From an uncultured Methylococcus sp. (GTDB lineage Bacteria > Pseudomonadota > Gammaproteobacteria > Methylococcales > Methylococcaceae): DNA of 64,000 nt. Location: contig CAYFOC010000001.1 of NCBI GenBank assembly GCA_964344615.1, positions 802 to 64,801 of the forward strand, given 5' to 3'. The notes under the pieces were generated by a model. That model worked only from the letters and a program-made list of their open reading frames with translations. It had not been told where the DNA came from and ran no database searches. The translations under genes were made by a program, and so were the position numbers. How positions within the stretch are numbered: the stretch's first letter is position 1; every line of letters starts with the position of its first letter. This document shows positions 8,253 through 17,293 of the stretch, in pieces.

Positions 8253-10937
8253 TTATTTTTTCCGACGGGTAACAAGGATCAGTCCGATAGCGGGTGCGAT
8301 GAACAGCGTGGATGCGAGACAACTCAGGAGACCTATGGTGATATCAATACCCAGTCCCGAAACGCCTCGGTAGCTTGCCAATGTGATGGCGCCAAGTCCC
8401 GCGAGTTCCGTTCCGGCTGCGAGCAGAATGACGCGGCCTGCATCCAGTGCAATGCCGACCGGATCCCGACCCTCAAGGGCCATCCAACGATGACTGAGCC
8501 AGACGCCATAATCGACCGCCAACGCAATCACGAGTGGCAAAGCGATGATATTGGCGTAATTGTAGTGCAGCCCAGCGACTTTCATCACGCCAAGCATCCA
8601 TCCTCCGCCAATTACAAGCGGCAGAGCTGCCATCAATATGCCTTTAGGGGACCGAATGACGAAGCATAGCCAAGCCAGACAGACGAGGATGGCGGCTTTG
8701 GTTCCATGGCTGAAACTACTGACTACGGCCTTGGAGAAGACCTGATGCGTTGAGGGGAAGCCGGTTGCATCGGGAGAAACGGAGTACACCTCCTTCATCA
8801 GATCATCGAGGTTGTTCGGGTCATAGACACTTTTTGCAGGGTAGGCGTAGGCAGCCAGGGTGCCATCGGGCGCAACAAACCGCTCTCTTATTCCATCGGG
8901 CAGATCCGAAGGTGACAGCGGGGTGGTTTTTTGCCATCTTGAAACGGTCTCGAGGCCATGAGTGGCTGAAGCGATAAGTGCTCTGAGGAAAGCCTCTGAG
9001 CGTGCGCGACCTGAATCTGGCTCTTCTTCCAGGCGAATGAGGATGTCATTCATGTCCTTGTGGAGCGCCTCTATGCGGCTGACCAGCTCCTTGTTGCCCG
9101 AACTAAACGCCTGTTCTTCGTAGTCCTCAAGTTTTTCAATGGCCAAACGAAGGCTCTGACGAATCTTGAAGAACGTGGGTTCATCAAGGCCCTGATTGCT
9201 CAGTGTCAGGAGATGCTGACGTAGGACAGGTCTTGCGGCGAGCGATCCCAGACGATGCGCCTGCTCGATGCGTTCAGATCCATCGGCTGGGAAGAAACTG
9301 CTGATGGACTGCACTTTGGCTATCGTGGGGAGCTGCTGAGCGCCTTCTGTGATTCTCCGAATATCTTCTAACGTCTTGGCCGTGAAGATGATGATTTCGG
9401 ACTGATAATCTGTCTCTGTGACCAGCTTTCGTTGATATTCGGCGGCTTTGGAGTCTTTGGGGAGCAAAGACAAGACGTCGTAATCAAATTCCATGTCCAG
9501 ACCGGCATGGATGCCGAAAATGGCTCCGCCGGACGCGATCAGCACCAGGGCAAGCGCGACACTCCTGGGGAGTGTCGGTGACGTGGCGTCAACCTTTTTT
9601 ACCTTCTTCGCCTTCATTTTAGGAGGGAAGAGGGCATAGACGGCGGGCTGAACGACCCATGTGCTGATGAGGATCAGAAGAACACCACCTGCAGCGATGA
9701 TGCCGAGTTCTGCAAATCCCGGGAATTCGACCGTTGCCAGCGTTCCAAAGATGAAGAGGGATGCGCCACCGGCGGTTATGACGGCTGGAAAGGAATCGCG
9801 TATCCCAGTGCCGATCGCGTCCAAAAGCGGTAATCCTGAACGCCTGGCTTCGGCAATTTGTGAGGTCGTGAAAATGCCATAGTCCGCGCCGAGGCCAAAA
9901 AGGATGGCGAGGAAGCTCGATGTGATGATGGTGAGATGGCCCACGGTCAAATAGGCGAAGCCAAGACTCCAAAGTGCACCCAGACCCATCGGGATGAAAA
10001 TCGCAAGCGCCCACGGAACACTTCTGACGACGAGGAAAATGAGTGCGCCGATCAATCCCGCAGCGGTCCAGATGACCATCTTGATATCCCGTTCGATATC
10101 GATGTACTCCTCGTAGGCGATCGCAGGCAATCCGGTCAGAACGACATTCGGGGCCTTCAGGCCTTTTGCTTCAAAGTCATGGGCAAGTTCTCCGGCTGCC
10201 TTCTGAACTTTTTCATTCAGAGGCGCCAGCGTCTCAAAGTCTTCCCCCTTGGCCTTGGCATGAACGAAAACCAAAAGCATTCGGCCATCGTGCGAGGTGA
10301 AATACCCTTTGCCCAGTTGCTCAGCGCCAATGGCTTTGAGGATTTCTTCGAAATTGATATCTGCGCTTGAGGGCGGGTTGTTCAGCCAGCGTTGCCATTC
10401 CTGAAGAAACGCATCCGCCGCTTTCATACCGGTCAATGCCGCTTGAATATCCGGGGTATCAGAATCGGCCCCCGCATTGCTTGATGAGGCCAGCGCCATC
10501 AAGGATTCAAGGGACGCTCCTTTGATCGTGGATCCGGCCTGAAGCGCTTTTTCGAGCTGATCAAGCTGATCTTCTGGCAGCAAGAGGTAAAGATGGTCGT
10601 GCAAGAAGCTCGTGTCGATGCGATCTGTGGCTTGCGCAATTTCAGGGAGACTTCTTAGCTTGACTGCCAGTTCATGGGCAAAGGATTCCAGATCTTCGCG
10701 CGGAGCATTCTCAAGGATCACCACCAGGTCCGAGGAAGCACCGAAGGTGTCGAGATACTGGTTCAGTCGGTGCGCAACCTCCGTGTTCTGTGGCAACAAG
10801 GCCTGCCTTGATGTGTAAACCGGCAGGTGTGTCGCAGCAAGGATGGCAGCGAGTGAAATCAATAAGGCTCCGGAGAGAACCCACCAGGGGTGACGGGCGG
10901 AACCAAGGCTCAGGCGATAAACGAGAGTTTTCAGCAT
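8253..10937 (-). CDS. bstA: RND-superfamily inner-membrane transporter of the HpnN/MmpL type, BstA-like putative sterol exporter
   Basis: The 894-aa protein has two 6-TM bundles ('...ILFGLGADYGIF...' and '...VIALAVDYGVWLSH...'), each preceded by a large periplasmic loop. This is the typical HpnN/MMPL architecture. It is the first gene of the operon that ends with the cyclase and epoxidase. Confidence 0.7.
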   Translation of the reverse strand: MLKTLVYRLSLGSARHPWWVLSGALLISLAAILAATHLPVYTSRQALLPQNTEVAHRLNQYLDTFGASSDLVVILENAPREDLESFAHELAVKLRSLPEIAQATDRIDTSFLHDHLYLLLPEDQLDQLEKALQAGSTIKGASLESLMALASSSNAGADSDTPDIQAALTGMKAADAFLQEWQRWLNNPPSSADINFEEILKAIGAEQLGKGYFTSHDGRMLLVFVHAKAKGEDFETLAPLNEKVQKAAGELAHDFEAKGLKAPNVVLTGLPAIAYEEYIDIERDIKMVIWTAAGLIGALIFLVVRSVPWALAIFIPMGLGALWSLGFAYLTVGHLTIITSSFLAILFGLGADYGIFTTSQIAEARRSGLPLLDAIGTGIRDSFPAVITAGGASLFIFGTLATVEFPGFAELGIIAAGGVLLILISTWVVQPAVYALFPPKMKAKKVKKVDATSPTLPRSVALALVLIASGGAIFGIHAGLDMEFDYDVLSLLPKDSKAAEYQRKLVTETDYQSEIIIFTAKTLEDIRRITEGAQQLPTIAKVQSISSFFPADGSERIEQAHRLGSLAARPVLRQHLLTLSNQGLDEPTFFKIRQSLRLAIEKLEDYEEQAFSSGNKELVSRIEALHKDMNDILIRLEEEPDSGRARSEAFLRALIASATHGLETVSRWQKTTPLSPSDLPDGIRERFVAPDGTLAAYAYPAKSVYDPNNLDDLMKEVYSVSPDATGFPSTHQVFSKAVVSSFSHGTKAAILVCLAWLCFVIRSPKGILMAALPLVIGGGWMLGVMKVAGLHYNYANIIALPLVIALAVDYGVWLSHRWMALEGRDPVGIALDAGRVILLAAGTELAGLGAITLASYRGVSGLGIDITIGLLSCLASTLFIAPAIGLILVTRRKK

Positions 10938-11065
10938 GAAAAGTGATGCACAGTCGCAAAAATGGAATGGAAACTATTCTGCAAGAGCAGGTGTCTCACC
11001 CGGAGTGAGTGTCACGGGGGGCCCTGTGGCTCGCACTCATATTAACGGCGATAGAGAGAATACTC

Positions 11066-11470
11066 ATGATTAACCTTTACGGGCCAGCCATTGTTAAGGG
11101 TATTGGGCTTTTTCTGACCCTCTACTTCATTCATGTGGTCCTTTTGCCCCAGTTGGTAGGTGAATCGGCAGCAACCGGGGATTATCAGGGCTTATTGTAT
11201 GGGATCAATCAGCTCCTTGGATTGGCTACCTGCATGATTCCTGGTTTTATGGCTGCAAGAATGGCCGGACATCACGGCTTTCTTCATGGATTGCTGGTCG
11301 GAGGGATCAGCACGGTCCTGACCGCGTTGATGGCGATGCTGTGGTCGATCATTACCGGTGCAAAGTTTTTTGGACTCGAGATGCTTCCCTTCTGGCTCGT
11401 GATGAATGGGTTCCTATCGGCATTCGCAGGTCTTCTTGCGACGAACATGACCGAATCTGAAGAGGAATAA
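11066..11470 (+). CDS. Small integral membrane protein (about 4 TM helices), function unknown
   Basis: This is a hydrophobic ORF, 'MINLYGPAIVKGIGLFLTLYFIHVVLLP...'. ATG 11066 is preferred over GTG 11009. It is divergent from the sterol operon. Confidence 0.5.
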   Translation: MINLYGPAIVKGIGLFLTLYFIHVVLLPQLVGESAATGDYQGLLYGINQLLGLATCMIPGFMAARMAGHHGFLHGLLVGGISTVLTALMAMLWSIITGAKFFGLEMLPFWLVMNGFLSAFAGLLATNMTESEEE

Positions 11471-11570
11471 TTCGATTACGCGACTCGCGAACTTCCATAG
11501 CTCGGAACGGTGGTGGAATTCCCACACGTACGTGGGGGATAATGATCCCAATTCCCACCCGAGGCGCGAA

Positions 11571-12788
11571 ATGAATCAGGAATACGATGTGCTCATAGTT
11601 GGCGGAGGCATGGTCGGTGCGACCTTGGCTTGTGCTCTAGGTGGCAGCCACCTTCGCGTGGGGCTTCTCGAGGAAAATCCCCCCCCGGCATTTGAAGCCG
11701 ATCAGCCTCATGATCTTCGGGTTTCTGCTGTGAGTGTGGCTTCTGCAAATATTCTCAAGACGGTGGGCGCTTGGTCTGGGATCGCCCAGCGCCGACTTTG
11801 TCCCTATCGTCGAATGCGCGTTTGGGAAGATGGAGGCGATGTCGAGTTTTGCAGTGATGAGATCAACGAACCCGTCCTCGGCCACATCGTTGAAAACCGG
11901 ATTATCCAACTTTCAGTTCTTGATCGGGCCAAAGAATTCAGCAACGTAGACCTCATTACTGGGGTCAAGACGCAGTCCGTGCGTTACAACGCTCAGGGGT
12001 CCACGGTCACGCTGGAAGATGGCCGAACCCTGAATGGCCGACTGCTGGTGGCAGCAGATGGCGGATTCTCTAAGGTCCGTCAGTCTGCAGGCATGGGGGT
12101 CAGTGGCTGGGATTATGAGCAGCATGCCTTGGTGCTGACCGTTGATACTGCCTCCGGGCAGCAGGACATCACTTGGCAACGGTTCACGCCGCAGGGCCCT
12201 CAGGCACTCCTGCCTCTTGATGGACCCCACGCCTCGCTGGTTTGGTACAACACGCCTGAAGAAGTGGCGAGGCTCAAGACGCTGTCCGACGACCAATTGC
12301 TCGCTGCGCTTGAAGCTACGTTCCCAGCTTGCCTTGGCGAAATTACCAAGATTACGGCGCGAGGGAGTTTTCCGCTGCGTCGACAGCATGCGCTCCGTTA
12401 TATCAAGACAGGAGTCGCCTTGATTGGGGATGCAGCCCACATGATTCATCCCCTGGCCGGGCAGGGCGTCAATATCGGGCTACTTGATGCGGCAGCACTT
12501 GCGGAAGTCCTCATCGGTGCCCACAAGGCCGGTGAAGATATTGGTTCTGAGTCGGTACTCGGTCGTTATGAGCGGATGCGACGCAAGAACAACCTTCTCA
12601 TGATGACGGTCATGGACGCTTTCTACAGGGCCTTCGGTAATTCCAGTGGCCCGGTGCGCGTTCTTAGGAATCTGGGGCTGGGACTTGCCGAGCGCCTCAA
12701 GCCTGCAAAAAAAATCGCGATGAGTTATGCCATGGGCATTAGCGGAACGCTCCCGCGTCTTGCTCAAGGTGAAGCCCTTCTGGGTTAG
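11571..12788 (+). CDS. UbiH/UbiF/VisC/COQ6-family FAD-dependent ubiquinone hydroxylase
   Basis: Motifs are 'YDVLIVGGGMVGATLA' (GxGxxG), 'LLVAADGGFSKVR' and 'ALIGDAAHMIHPLAGQGVNIG'. I moved the start to ATG 11571. Confidence 0.85.
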   Translation: MNQEYDVLIVGGGMVGATLACALGGSHLRVGLLEENPPPAFEADQPHDLRVSAVSVASANILKTVGAWSGIAQRRLCPYRRMRVWEDGGDVEFCSDEINEPVLGHIVENRIIQLSVLDRAKEFSNVDLITGVKTQSVRYNAQGSTVTLEDGRTLNGRLLVAADGGFSKVRQSAGMGVSGWDYEQHALVLTVDTASGQQDITWQRFTPQGPQALLPLDGPHASLVWYNTPEEVARLKTLSDDQLLAALEATFPACLGEITKITARGSFPLRRQHALRYIKTGVALIGDAAHMIHPLAGQGVNIGLLDAAALAEVLIGAHKAGEDIGSESVLGRYERMRRKNNLLMMTVMDAFYRAFGNSSGPVRVLRNLGLGLAERLKPAKKIAMSYAMGISGTLPRLAQGEALLG

Positions 12789-12808
12789 TGTCTGTTTGAT
12801 TTGGGAGA

Positions 12809-13198
12809 ATGCATATGCGTTTAGTGAAGCTGTTGATCCTCTTCCCCTTAGTTGCGGGCTGTGCGAGCTATTCAAACTGGCAGCCGGTGGCTGACCCCTC
12901 GAATGATCGAAATGCCGCCAATCTCGGGCGGGATACGGAGGAATGTCGCCAATTGGCCTCTCAGGCCGGACAGACAGGGACAGAAGCGGCCAAGGGTGTC
13001 GCCGTCGGCGGGCTTTTGGGCGCAGCTGCAGGCGCTGCCATTGGAGCCGTAGCGGGCAATCCCGGTGCAGGCGCCGCCGTGGGTGCGGCCGCGGGGGGCA
13101 TCGGTGGCGGAGCAACGACAGGTATTAGCGCTGATGATCAGTACAAGCGTGCTTACATCAACTGCATGCGTGGTCGTGGTCATAACATCATCAACTAA
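12809..13198 (+). CDS. Glycine-zipper outer-membrane lipoprotein (SlyB / 17-kDa antigen-like)
   Basis: The lipobox is 'PLVAGC'. The Gly/Ala zipper is 'GVAVGGLLGAAAGAAIGAVAGNPGAGAAVGAAAGGIGGGA'. Confidence 0.75.
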   Translation: MHMRLVKLLILFPLVAGCASYSNWQPVADPSNDRNAANLGRDTEECRQLASQAGQTGTEAAKGVAVGGLLGAAAGAAIGAVAGNPGAGAAVGAAAGGIGGGATTGISADDQYKRAYINCMRGRGHNIIN

Positions 13199-13218
13199 CG
13201 CTGGCTGAGGCATCTTCC

Positions 13219-14778
13219 GTGCGGGGCGAATCTACATCCCCATTGCTGGGGAAAATTGATCGTGCGAGCCGTGAATTCCACGATCATCCCGCGGTCATTA
13301 CGGACGATGCCTGTCTGACGCACGCGGATGTGGCGACCCTGTCTCGCCGTGTTGCTGCATCTCTCCGGGATAGGGGCGTGCGGAAGGGCGACCGGGTTGC
13401 ACTTTATGCCCAGAATGGGGCCGAATTCGCGGTTCTCTATCTTGGGATTGTCCGTGCGGGGGCGGTGGTTGTCCCTCTCAATCTCCTGATCCATACCCCC
13501 GAGATTCTCCACGTTCTCAAGGATGCCGGCGTGACGGGTATCCTTACTCAGGAAAGTCTTCGCGAACGCCTGCAAGACGCGCTGCCTCTGCTCCCGGTTC
13601 CCCCCTTTGTGATCGCCTTGCGCGAGACCGCAAGTCCGATTGAAAACCTCACTGAGCTTCTTTTATCTGAAGAAGGCGAATCGGATCTCTTCTTCAATCC
13701 CACAGAGGATCTGGTGGCCATCCTCTATACCTCCGGGACTACGGGGTTTCCGAAGGGTGCCATGCTGACGCATGCCAATCTCGCCGCCAATACTCAGAGC
13801 GTTCATGAGGCGATGTGTTGGCGGTCCGGTCTGGATCGGGTTCTGGTCGTCCTTCCGATGTTCCATGCCTTTGCAGCAACCGTGGGATTGTTGACCCCGC
13901 TGACCAATGGCTCTGCACTGATTCCCCTGCATCGATTTGAGCCGGATGCGGTGAGTCTGGCCGTAGAGAAGCATGCGGCAACCATCTTTTTGGGTGTGCC
14001 CAGCATGTATTCCGTTCTGTTGAGGTTGCCTGAGGCGAGAGTCACGCGGTTTGCAAGTGTTCGCTTTGCGGTATCAGGGGGAGCGGCAATGCCCGTTTCA
14101 GTGATGCGGGCTTTCGAAGACAAGTTCAATGTAAAAGTCTACGAAGGTGATGGACCTACCGAATGCTCGCCGGTGACCTGTGTCAACCCGATTGGGGGAT
14201 TGCAGAAATCAGGAACGGTTGGCCTCCCGGTACCGGGGGTCGAAATGAAGATCGTCGCATCCGATGGGCGTGAGTGCCCTGTTGGGGAGGTTGGTGAAAT
14301 TGCCGTTCGCGGAGCGAACGTGATGAAAGGCTACTGGGGTCAGCCCATGGCTACGGAGGAGGTCATCCGCGACGGTTGGCTCTATACCGGTGACCTTGGA
14401 ACCCGTGATGTGGATGGCTACTTCAGTATCGTTGATCGCAAGAAGGACCTGATCATCGTGAACGGGATGAATGTTTATCCGCGTATGGTCGAGGAGGTCC
14501 TTTACGGCATTGAGGGCATTCGGGAGGTGGCTGTGATCGGCGAGCCTGACAAGCTGCATGGTGAAGTACCGGTGGCTTATCTTGCGTTGGATGAGGGGGC
14601 GAGCCTTGATGAAAAAGGCCTGAGAGAAAGATCCCGAGCGCTTTTGGGAAGACATCAGGTCCCCAAGCGGTTCATTATTCTGCCCGCCTTGCCTCGCAAT
14701 GCGGCCGGGAAAATTCTAAAGCGCGAGTTGCGCCTCGATGGCGAACGTGAAAGAGGCATTGACCTGGTCCGGACCTAG
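13219..14778 (+). CDS. Long-chain fatty-acid--CoA ligase (AMP-binding family)
   Basis: The AMP-binding signature 'ILYTSGTTGFPKGAML' is present, together with 'YTGDLG' and a C-terminal '...GKILKREL'. Confidence 0.85.
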   Translation: MRGESTSPLLGKIDRASREFHDHPAVITDDACLTHADVATLSRRVAASLRDRGVRKGDRVALYAQNGAEFAVLYLGIVRAGAVVVPLNLLIHTPEILHVLKDAGVTGILTQESLRERLQDALPLLPVPPFVIALRETASPIENLTELLLSEEGESDLFFNPTEDLVAILYTSGTTGFPKGAMLTHANLAANTQSVHEAMCWRSGLDRVLVVLPMFHAFAATVGLLTPLTNGSALIPLHRFEPDAVSLAVEKHAATIFLGVPSMYSVLLRLPEARVTRFASVRFAVSGGAAMPVSVMRAFEDKFNVKVYEGDGPTECSPVTCVNPIGGLQKSGTVGLPVPGVEMKIVASDGRECPVGEVGEIAVRGANVMKGYWGQPMATEEVIRDGWLYTGDLGTRDVDGYFSIVDRKKDLIIVNGMNVYPRMVEEVLYGIEGIREVAVIGEPDKLHGEVPVAYLALDEGASLDEKGLRERSRALLGRHQVPKRFIILPALPRNAAGKILKRELRLDGERERGIDLVRT

Positions 14779-14784
14779 GACGCC

Positions 14785-16266
14785 TTAGAAGGGTGAATCC
14801 TTTTCCTTCTCTTTGTTTTCACGCTGTTCATTGCGGATCTTTTCCATCCGTTCATCAATGATCGAAGTGAGGTAGTAATTGCCTCCGGCGGTCTCCTTTG
14901 CAAGCTGGAGTTGAACCAAGGCCTCTTGAGTTTCTCCGAGGAGGTAATAGCCTTCTGCATAGTAGCGGTGATATTCCGCTTCATCCCCGAGTTTGCTGTA
15001 GGTTTCAGCCAAAAGCTCATACACATCCGGGTCCGGCGTGTGGTATTTGAGGTAGTCGTGAAGGATTTGACGGGTTTTTGCAAACTGCTGGGTGTTCAGT
15101 AACGCGCGTGCGTAATTCAGCGTCATTGCACTGTTTTCGGGAAAACGCTTGAGTCCCAATTCATAGGCTTGCGTGGCAGCCGCGAAATTCTTGGCATCCA
15201 TCTCGGTTTCAGCCAATGCATTCATGAATTGCGGCTGATTCGGATAACGCTGAACCAGTTTCTGGAGCGTTACCTTGGCTGCATGCGTCTCCTTGGTCCT
15301 GGATTGGACGAGAGCAATGCCGTATTCCGCAATGTCCTGCTGCACCTGAGTCCCCCGATTCTCGTGATTTCTGAAATATTCGAGGGCCGTCTTGGGATTC
15401 GGGGAATCGATGACACGAAGCTTGGCTTTCATGATCTGATAAGCCATGGAGTCCGGATATTGTCGATAGGGAAACCGTTCGGCGCGGTCGCGGGTATCGG
15501 CGATACGTGACGTGGTGACGGGGTGCGTGAGCAGGAATTCCGGAATCTTTGATCCTGCAAAGCGGGTGCTCTGTTGCATGCGTTCAAAAAACTCGGGCAT
15601 GCAGCGTGGGTCAAACTCTGATTTCGACATCACCTGCATCCCGACTCGATCGGCCTCGGCCTCGTTGTCTCGGGTGAAGTTGATCTGGTACTGGGTTCCC
15701 AAACCCTGACCGGCCATAATGCCTGCCATGGCGCCATTTCCCCCAGCCTTGGCGCCTAGCACGGCCAACAAAAGGGTTCCGATGGCCATAGGAATGGCCA
15801 TTTTGCTCATGGCCTGGAATGTCTGGAAGAGATGCCTTTGCGTCACGTGGGAGATTTCGTGAGCCATGACGGAGGCTAATTCGCTTTCTTGCTCCGTCAA
15901 AAGAATCAGGCCGGAATTCACGCCGATGTAGCCACCTGGACCGGCAAAGGCATTAATGACGCGCTCCATGACGACGAAGAAGGTATAAGGCTGAGAAGGG
16001 TTGTCGCTGTTGATGGTCAGCCGATTCCCCAGTGACTGGATGTATTCTCTGATCTCCGGGTCGGTCGAGATTTTTAGCTGCCCATGCAGGCTCCGGTAGA
16101 ATGCGGCTCCCAGTTCCTGCTCCTGGATATTGGTCATCAGCGTGCTCGTGGGATCGCCGATTTCGGGAAGCTCGATGTTTGGCATGGCCGCGCGCACCGA
16201 CCCCTGCAAGATGAATATCTCGAACAGGACAAGGATGACCGCAGTGAGAGTTCTGGATCGGAACAT
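14785..16266 (-). CDS. bepA: M48 zinc metalloprotease with C-terminal TPR domain (BepA/YfgC-like)
   Basis: The protein has a signal peptide, the HExxH motif 'MAHEISHVTQRH' and a TPR-rich C-terminal half. Confidence 0.8.
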   Translation of the reverse strand: MFRSRTLTAVILVLFEIFILQGSVRAAMPNIELPEIGDPTSTLMTNIQEQELGAAFYRSLHGQLKISTDPEIREYIQSLGNRLTINSDNPSQPYTFFVVMERVINAFAGPGGYIGVNSGLILLTEQESELASVMAHEISHVTQRHLFQTFQAMSKMAIPMAIGTLLLAVLGAKAGGNGAMAGIMAGQGLGTQYQINFTRDNEAEADRVGMQVMSKSEFDPRCMPEFFERMQQSTRFAGSKIPEFLLTHPVTTSRIADTRDRAERFPYRQYPDSMAYQIMKAKLRVIDSPNPKTALEYFRNHENRGTQVQQDIAEYGIALVQSRTKETHAAKVTLQKLVQRYPNQPQFMNALAETEMDAKNFAAATQAYELGLKRFPENSAMTLNYARALLNTQQFAKTRQILHDYLKYHTPDPDVYELLAETYSKLGDEAEYHRYYAEGYYLLGETQEALVQLQLAKETAGGNYYLTSIIDERMEKIRNEQRENKEKEKDSPF

Positions 16267-16335
16267 TCAGGTGAGACGCGGAAAAATCGTAATGACCACT
16301 ATATGGGGCCTCGCGCCCGAAGGTTCAAGCACGCC

Positions 16336-16680
16336 ATGAATTTCGCCATCAAGGTTTGCCAGTCTGGCGGATGCCCAAGGGTTCCGAATATGGCCTTGGA
16401 GTTTATCAGAGCGGTCAATGATCAGGGCCACCGGGTGCTTAGGGTCTTCTTCTATCATGAGGCGGTGGCACTCGGCTTTGGGGATTCGGCAGGCCGGTGG
16501 GCCGATGCGGCTCAGCAGGGTGGTTTTGATCTCGTGCTGTGCTCACAGGCGCTGGATCAGCGGATGCCTGATCAATCCCCTCATGAGGCGTTTACCATCG
16601 GTGGCTTGGCGCTCTGGGTTGATGCCTCTTTGAAGGCGGATCGGTGCCTGACATTTGGGGTCCCCAGCGATGAAGCCTGA
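16336..16680 (+). CDS. tusD: Sulfurtransferase TusD/DsrE
   Basis: 'MNFAIKVCQ...RVFFYHEAV...DLVLCSQAL' follows the DsrE fold pattern. I moved the start to ATG 16336; the listed ORF from 16084 overlaps the bepA start region. Confidence 0.75.
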   Translation: MNFAIKVCQSGGCPRVPNMALEFIRAVNDQGHRVLRVFFYHEAVALGFGDSAGRWADAAQQGGFDLVLCSQALDQRMPDQSPHEAFTIGGLALWVDASLKADRCLTFGVPSDEA

Positions 16681-17011
16681 GGTTCTTTTTGTCGTTCGTG
16701 CGGATCCATCCAGGGAGCAGGTTGCCACAGAAGTTCTCTCCGAAATTCTGACCTTCGCAGCCTTCGATGTCAGAGTAAGTCTGCTTTTCCTGGGGGAGGG
16801 GGTTCGATTCCTTGCGGCTGATATCGCGCCGGCACTTTCTGGCATGATGGCATCTCTCGATTTTTATGGGGTTGAGGAACTGTTTGCAGACCGAGAGTCC
16901 CTCGAAGCCTTCTCTGTGTCCGAAGAAAATATTCCGATGCCCGTCACCATATTGAAGCCATCGGATATTTCATCGTGTCTTCGTCGACATGCCTGGATTA
17001 TTGGGGATTAG
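16670..17011 (+). CDS. tusC: Sulfurtransferase TusC/DsrF
   Basis: 'MKPEVLFVVRADP...' has its ATG overlapping the tusD stop. It is the middle gene of a DsrE/F/H triplet. Confidence 0.7.
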   Translation: MKPEVLFVVRADPSREQVATEVLSEILTFAAFDVRVSLLFLGEGVRFLAADIAPALSGMMASLDFYGVEELFADRESLEAFSVSEENIPMPVTILKPSDISSCLRRHAWIIGD

Positions 17012-17018
17012 ATCTACG

Positions 17019-17258
17019 ATGTTGCATCTTGTTTTTTCACGTTCTGGACTGGAAAAGCTCAAGCCGTATGCCTATTCGGGGGACCGTGTTGTTCTCATGG
17101 AATTATTCCCGGAAGAGGAACTTTTGAACGGGTTGCCGGCGGGCGTAGAGGTTCTCTTCAGTCGGGGGTTGCATGACGAGATGCAAGGTGCCCGTTCTGT
17201 GAGCTATGCCGAGCTGGTTGCTTTGACCGTCGCCAATTCTCAGGTTCTGTCCTGGTAA
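17019..17258 (+). CDS. tusB: Sulfurtransferase TusB/DsrH
   Basis: 'MLHLVFSRSG...' is about 80 aa and is the third gene of the triplet. Confidence 0.65.
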   Translation: MLHLVFSRSGLEKLKPYAYSGDRVVLMELFPEEELLNGLPAGVEVLFSRGLHDEMQGARSVSYAELVALTVANSQVLSW

Positions 17259-17293
17259 ATAATCGGCAACGCGAATCGGGACAGGGGAGTGCG

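Noticed and set aside
4592-10937. Reading the cyclase plus RND transporter as a hopanoid locus (squalene-hopene cyclase with HpnN).
   Set aside because: The cyclase has VSDCTAE instead of the DxDDTA protonation motif of SHCs. It is immediately followed by a squalene epoxidase, which hopanoid synthesis does not need. A CYP51 lies 2 kb away. No hpnC/D/E/G/H-type genes are present.
10938-11065. 'gtgtctcacccggagtgagtgtcac' upstream of the sterol operon as an operator palindrome.
   Set aside because: Only 5 bp (ctcac/gtgag) pair perfectly. The rest is a direct GTGTC repeat. This is too weak to call, and part of it may be coding if the neighbouring ORF starts at GTG 11009.
11571-12788. The FAD monooxygenase next to the sterol operon as a second squalene epoxidase or sterol hydroxylase.
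   Set aside because: Its motifs and length fit the UbiH/UbiF/COQ6 ubiquinone hydroxylases. It lacks the GDAxxxxHPLTxxG epoxidase motif. It is on the opposite strand in a separate unit.
13219-14778. The acyl-CoA ligase as a steryl-ester or sterol-related enzyme.
   Set aside because: It is a generic FadD-type signature. It is separated from the sterol operon by unrelated genes on the other strand, and no acyltransferase partner is present.
16084-16680. Long N-terminal extensions of listed ORFs (also 51559-52701, 58190-59689, 37057-38361, 26894-29704, 1030-2292 and 30812-31369).
   Set aside because: The extensions overlap neighbouring genes or intergenic promoters and have no homology-like features. 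Internal ATGs give canonical N-termini (e.g. [48 protein letters not shown]), so the starts were trimmed.
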